DNA of 64,000 nt from Octopus vulgaris. Lineage: Eukaryota. The DNA lies in assembly GCA_951406725.2 (NCBI GenBank), contig OX597816.1, positions 144,770,001 to 144,834,000 of the forward strand. Reading direction: 5' to 3'. A program made the translations under genes and the position numbers. Shown one piece after another: positions 1 to 64,000 of the stretch (its first letter is position 1; the number at the start of each line of letters is the position of its first letter). Under the pieces are notes generated by a model that worked only from the letters and a program-made list of their open reading frames with translations, did not search any database and was not told where the DNA came from.

Positions 1-31
<31 letters not shown>

Positions 32-232
32 TATTATTATTATTATTGTTATTATTATTATTAAGTGAGAGAGCAGTGCATGCCATCAAAGTGATACTTG
101 GGTAAAATATACGAAGCTCAGCATACCCATCATAACTACCCGTCTGATCAGGGTACACCAGGCACATTCATCACAACCACAATTGCGCGACATGGTGCTC
201 TCATATCAAGATATAAAGCGCATTACCTTCCA

Positions 233-311
<79 letters not shown>

Positions 312-689
312 ATAATAATAATAATAATAATAATACTGCTACTACTAATAGTACTACACTAGAACTGCATGTTTGGCTTTTGCTTTGTATTTGAAGGGGT
401 TGACACCAAGAGTCACACAGAGACCCCGAAAGGAAACGTCTGCCCAAACAAGAAAATTATAAGTTATAAGATAATAGTGTGACGTTATGATGACAGTTAA
501 ATGTGTTTGCTATTATCTACATTGAAATGTATATTGACAACGTTTACAGATTAAAATGTTTTTGGATTATATTTTTCGTAGTATATATGTAGTTCACATG
601 AGCAATATGTTTTTGAATATCTTCCATTTTGGATTAATATTATTATTGTTATTAATTTTTATTATCATTATAATTATAAATATTATTAT

Positions 690-1120
690 TCAGTAGTCTT
701 ATTTTTATCACGTGCAATCACTGCACTACAAAGCGCAGCTCTGTATGCCTTGGGTATGTTCTTTGGTTCGTTGTGATGCAATTACTTTTACTATACCGCA
801 AGCGTTTCATGTACGATGTGTGCGGTGACTAGTAGTATTATTTACTGTATTTATATATATTTGTTTGTCCTTGTGTTCTTGTTATGTATTTGTCTGAATA
901 TCTTTTTTTATCATACCTAATGCAGCAACTATGATAGGAATTATTTCTGTTTTTAGATTACACATTCGAGTTACCTCTACTCACAAATCTTTGCATTTTG
1001 AAAATTTCTCCGATTCCTTTAGAACAACATTGACATCTGTTGGCATTGATGCATTAATTAGAAAGCATTTGGGTTCTTGTTGGTCTCTCACATATCTATC
1101 CGACCTATTGGTCTTCATTT
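690..1120 (-). mobile_element. 5'-truncated 3' end of a Dong-type LINE (further copies at ~32041, 39246, 46454, 53727)
   Basis: Similar to 61970..62370 (cagtag...gcgcagct...gtatgccttgggtatg); ends in (ATT)n. Confidence 0.8.
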
Positions 1121-1146
1121 TAACTATCTTATTATTATTATTATTA

Positions 1147-1204
<58 letters not shown>

Positions 1205-2404
1205 GATTATGATTATTATTATTATTATTAATAACAAGCTATGTCCGAATGTGTTACACTGTCATGTAATTTGCTGAAGAAAAAGTTAGAAAGCGAAAGA
1301 AAAATAGGGAGAGAGAGGTGTTTGCCACATGTAATGGGGAAGAGTGTTATTTATTACTTGGTTAAAAATGTTAGTTGAATGTAGAGAGATATATAGAAAA
1401 GGGCGTGAATAGAGAGAGAAAGAGGGCGGATAGGAAAGAGTGTTGAGGGAGAGGAGAGGACAGTATTATTAATAATGATAAATGAACCTCTGAAATTGTG
1501 AGAGGATGGACAAGTCTTTAACCCACAATTACAACCTCACCCACAAGACCAAAAAATTTTTTAATGTAGATTAGGCAAGACATTCCGTTTTAAAAGAGAC
1601 ACTAAATTCAGTTCTATATTTAAGAGATGGTTATTACGTACATTATTTACTTTATTTACATTTGACGGATATTTGTCCACATATTTGTCCAAAAGAAGGA
1701 GAAAGAAAAGGAGAGAGATGATGGTGGTGGAATTGGTGATGCTGAGTGCATAGTGACAAACAATTTTTTAAATTGAATTGTTTCTATATCACCTATCACT
1801 TAACGCACGTACACCCTAAACTTGCCATTGATTTTAGAAAGAAACCAGTTCCCTGTACGCCTGTCACATGCGATGAATATCAATAAATCAGATGGGCAGA
1901 CATTGGATAAGTGCCTGAATTCAGCGACGGTCAGATGTAGTTTGCATTATCAAGGCCTCGCAAATTATCTGATTTGAGAGTTAAAGTTATCAACACTGAG
2001 AAACAATGGAAAAGAAGAGGGAGAACTTTCACGAAAACATCGACTGCAAAGAAGTATTGGATTGAAAAGTGTACGCAAATTGAGATGTGTATTGGCTCTG
2101 ACCCATTGCCTTCACTCGTGGTTTTCAGAGAATGACATGTTGCATTAAATTTTTCCCCTCGTAAAATTGTTACCCCTATAGTTTACATTTTACTTTTTTA
2201 CCATCCAATTTCTATTTGTAGATATGAAATTGTGAGCATGTAAATTTAAAGATTTTCTGTTTATGGGGAAAGTAGGAAAAATGAGTGGATATTCATTATA
2301 TGAGCGCTGCGTAAAAAGTCGATAAAATTGCGCATAAAGTATATATATAAATATATATATATACATATATATATGAATATATAATTATATATATATTTGT
2401 GTAG

Positions 2405-2436
<32 letters not shown>

Positions 2437-2444
2437 ACATACAT

Positions 2445-2497
<53 letters not shown>

Positions 2498-2732
2498 TAT
2501 ATATGTATGTATATATACAGTGCCTTAAGTAGTCATCGTAAACCAATTTCCTTCACTTTTCAATGAGTAGCAGATGAGCAACTTTCTTTTGATACAAGGA
2601 CAACACAAACTATACTTTCAGCTTGTTTTGATAAAGTTTTCAGCAATAACCAAATAGGTTTACCATTAACTCAATGAAATATTCACTGGTCCCCCTACTA
2701 TCTATAAAAGTAGAAGCGTAGCAGATACTCAC

Positions 2733-58853
<56,121 letters not shown>

Positions 58854-59124
58854 CTACAAAAGAAAGATCAATATTTGATGTCTGAGTTATTCGAAGATTA
58901 GTGTAACGGACAGCATTTTGAGATTTTCAATTTGAAATTGCATGTAATGGTGTATTTATTTTATTAGTATTTTTGAGAAGATGAATTACTAAAACATATA
59001 TATAGCACTGACTATCTTTGCAATTAGTATGGTTATGAAGGTTCTTTGCCAGTAGAGGGATTGTACGAATATAATGTATTGCATTACTGGACTGCATGGA
59101 GTGTTCCGTTCTTGTGTAAACATT

Positions 59125-61180
59125 TCATTTCAGGTTACACCACTCTACGTAGCTAGAAATGTAGAAATGAATTCCAACCAAGGACCACTTTAATATCTCT
59201 TTCCGGTTATCACATCCTTAATAGTCAGCTGGCTTAGTTATGGAAAGGCTGATATAGTAACTGCATTCAACTATATATGTACTTATAATAATTATACAAA
59301 ACATAGTGATTACTACCAAACCATACCACTCTATGTTGGCGGTGATATACCTTGTTCTCGGTGGCTCCTTCTGGTTATTGTTCGTACCATTTCCGTACTC
59401 TTTTCAGGCAGTATCTTTCACAAAGCATCTAGTGGATGAACCTAGCCACGTTATCGTGCCTCCTTTCGTAATACTTTTGGGCTAGCTTCATACACTCACT
59501 CAAAATTTATAAGATTGTTTCATTTTTATTGCCACACATCCTAAAAAGGGGTGATACACTACACTTATTTATTTGGAACCTGGTGTAATTGGTTCTCAGA
59601 GCTTATTCCTTGGCGCTGCATATAAATGCCTCAGTGCATCCTTTCAGATAACTTTTTCTTAGCTATCCCCAAGTGTTGGTCTGGTCTTTTCATTCAATTT
59701 CTTTGATGAATTTCCCATGCAGTGGTTTCATCTAGCAGTTGTTTACTCTTTCTTCTTCTTTCTTAAATGTTTGTAGGTACATCTTATTTTTGGTAGGTAT
59801 TATATTGTTAATTCTAACAGCGGCGAGCAAAGATTCACTTTGTTTTTTGATGTACCATCCCAGACTGTTCTTCCCGTTGACAACACAGATCTTGCATCCT
59901 CTGAGACCTCTTCCACTTCTGTTTCTAGGCACATAGAGTCTGTAAGTATTGCTTTCAGGTGTAGCTCCTTGTTAACTGTCATCACTTTTCTAGTTTTCTT
60001 GTCCATTTCCTCAAGCTCGTTATTTATCCACCTAAGAACACCTGCGCTGTATCGCATTAAGGAAACAGCCCATGTGTTCAATGCCTTGGTGTTGTTTTTT
60101 TCCATTGAATCAACCTCACATAATTAACGTGGTTCTTCTGAGCTATTTTCGCCTAAAGCTTTCTTTCATTTCACTTTCCTTGATCTTTTCATATTCTAAA
60201 ATCCCCAGATATTTATATCCATTAGTTTTAATGTCCTTGGTCTTTTCGCTGTTGGGTAGCACTATACCATCAGACGACCCTAATCTGCCTCTTTGTATTA
60301 TAAGCATATCACAATTTTTAGTCCTAAATTTCATTCTGATATCCTAACTGAATATCCGTATAGTTGAAACTAGGCCATTTATTTCACGTTCGGTCTTTTC
60401 AAAGGTCTTTACATCATCCATATATAACAGATGATTTAGTTTTCCTCCACTTTTGAATGTGTATCCCGATGTCACTTTCCGTAGTATCTGTGTGAGGGGT
60501 ATCATACAAATCACAAACAGTAACGGAGATAGACTATATCCTTGAAATATGCCTCTATTAGGTTAACCCTCACCAAAAGTACTTTCCACATGAAGTTAAC
60601 TCTGTATTCCAGTTTTTCATTGATCTCTTAATAAAATTTGATATGCTCTAGACTTTCTAAAATCCAGGATTGGGGGACCATATCATATGCTTTCTTATAA
60701 TCGATCCTCGCCTTGCCTAGATTAGCAAGACTTTTGTTGCAGTCGTTCAGTACCATTCTGTTTATCAGAAGCTGTCCCTCGGCTTTTCCTTCTGAACCCT
60801 TTCTGTTCGACTGGCAGTTTATCATTCATTTCCAGGAAGATATACACATAATTATATATTATACTTGTCATCAGCTTCCATATCAGGGGCAGGCAGGTGA
60901 TAAGCCGGCAATTATTCACTACATTGCTTTTGCTGGGATCCTTTTGGCAAAGAGCTGCTTTGCTTGTGGTCACCCACTTTGAAATTTGTATACCGTTGGT
61001 GATCATTTTATCCATTTGCGTGGCTATTCTTTGGAAATGTTTCAGCCATTATCCTTGTACCCCATCTGGTCCTGGGCATTTCCAGTTTGGAATCTTTGTT
61101 GTCTGTTCGGTTACTGTTCGATATTCTATTATTGCTGTGTTTCACTTCATATTTTTCCGACCTTGGGTCCTTCAACCATT
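59125..61180 (-). mobile_element. Older decayed R4/Dong-type LINE
   Basis: IDYKKAYDMVP, NHLLYMDD (~60420), RMCG..ETI..LSEC..LAQKYYERRHDNVAR; many stops. Left boundary approximate. Confidence 0.85.
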
Positions 61181-61289
61181 TAGCATATTATTATTATTAT
61201 CATTTATGGTTTCCTTTCATTATAATTTTATTTCAGCTGTCTTAGTACCGGGCATCCTCCGGAGGCCAACAGTAGCAAGGTCACTTTTG

Positions 61290-61795
61290 TTTTGCTATGC
61301 ATGCTACAATTATCACCACATTGTGCTTTCCGTAGTATATGGGCTGTAGCTATCAAGGTTATCTTTTGTAGTTCACGGAGATCGTAGTTACCAATGAGTT
61401 GCTTAATATACTTCCCAGCTCCCTTCTTTATCATTCCCATCGCACCAGTTACTACTGGTATCATCGTAGTACTAAGCATCCACAGTTTTGCGATTTCAAT
61501 TTGCAGATCTTTATAGTGAAAACGCTTTTTGCATTCCTTTCTTGAGACATTTTGATCTTGTGGCACACACATATCTATTACCAGACAAGTTCCTCTGTTG
61601 GAGTCCTTGATCACAATGTCAGGCCCATTGGAGTCATTTTTTTATCTTTATGTATTGGGAAGTTCCAATGGATTTTGACCCTCACCATTTACTACATTGG
61701 ATAGTGCCTGTACCCCTTATCATGGGATTTTATTTTGTAGTATTTACAAGAATTCCAGTGGATGTACTGCCCTAGTTTGTCATGTTTTATGGGGT
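61290..61795 (-). mobile_element. LINE endonuclease-domain fragment (R4/Dong-type)
   Basis: PDIVIKD..CLVIDMCVP..YKDLQIEIAKLW..IPVVTGAMG..AHILRK. Confidence 0.8.
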
Positions 61796-61840
61796 ACATA
61801 TTATTATCATCATTATCATTATCATTATTATTATTATCAA

Positions 61841-64000
<2,160 letters not shown>

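Overview
AT-rich, microsatellite-dense eukaryotic (animal) DNA; the repeat landscape suggests an octopus/coleoid cephalopod, which is inference only. The whole window is the interior of one large minus-strand, intron-rich gene for an extracellular adhesive or mucin-like protein (FCGBP/zonadhesin-like); both ends of the gene lie outside the window. In transcription order (right to left) it has five near-identical, strongly cationic VWA exons (567 nt, phase 1-1) in a ~7.2-kb tandem array, joined by 21-nt and 15-nt micro-exons. These are followed by a VWD (with GDPH)-C8-TIL-TILa/EGF cassette and three more micro-exons (12, 6 and 15 nt). The spliced frame is continuous across all called exons when one copy of the gap-flanking duplicate is used. 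Each array unit carries the same decayed mariner transposon and LINE fragments. A ~7.4-kb near-identical duplicate flanks a 100-N gap and is probably an unmerged haplotype overlap. The right end is filled with R4/Dong-type LINE remnants. Most entries in the ORF track are microsatellite noise.
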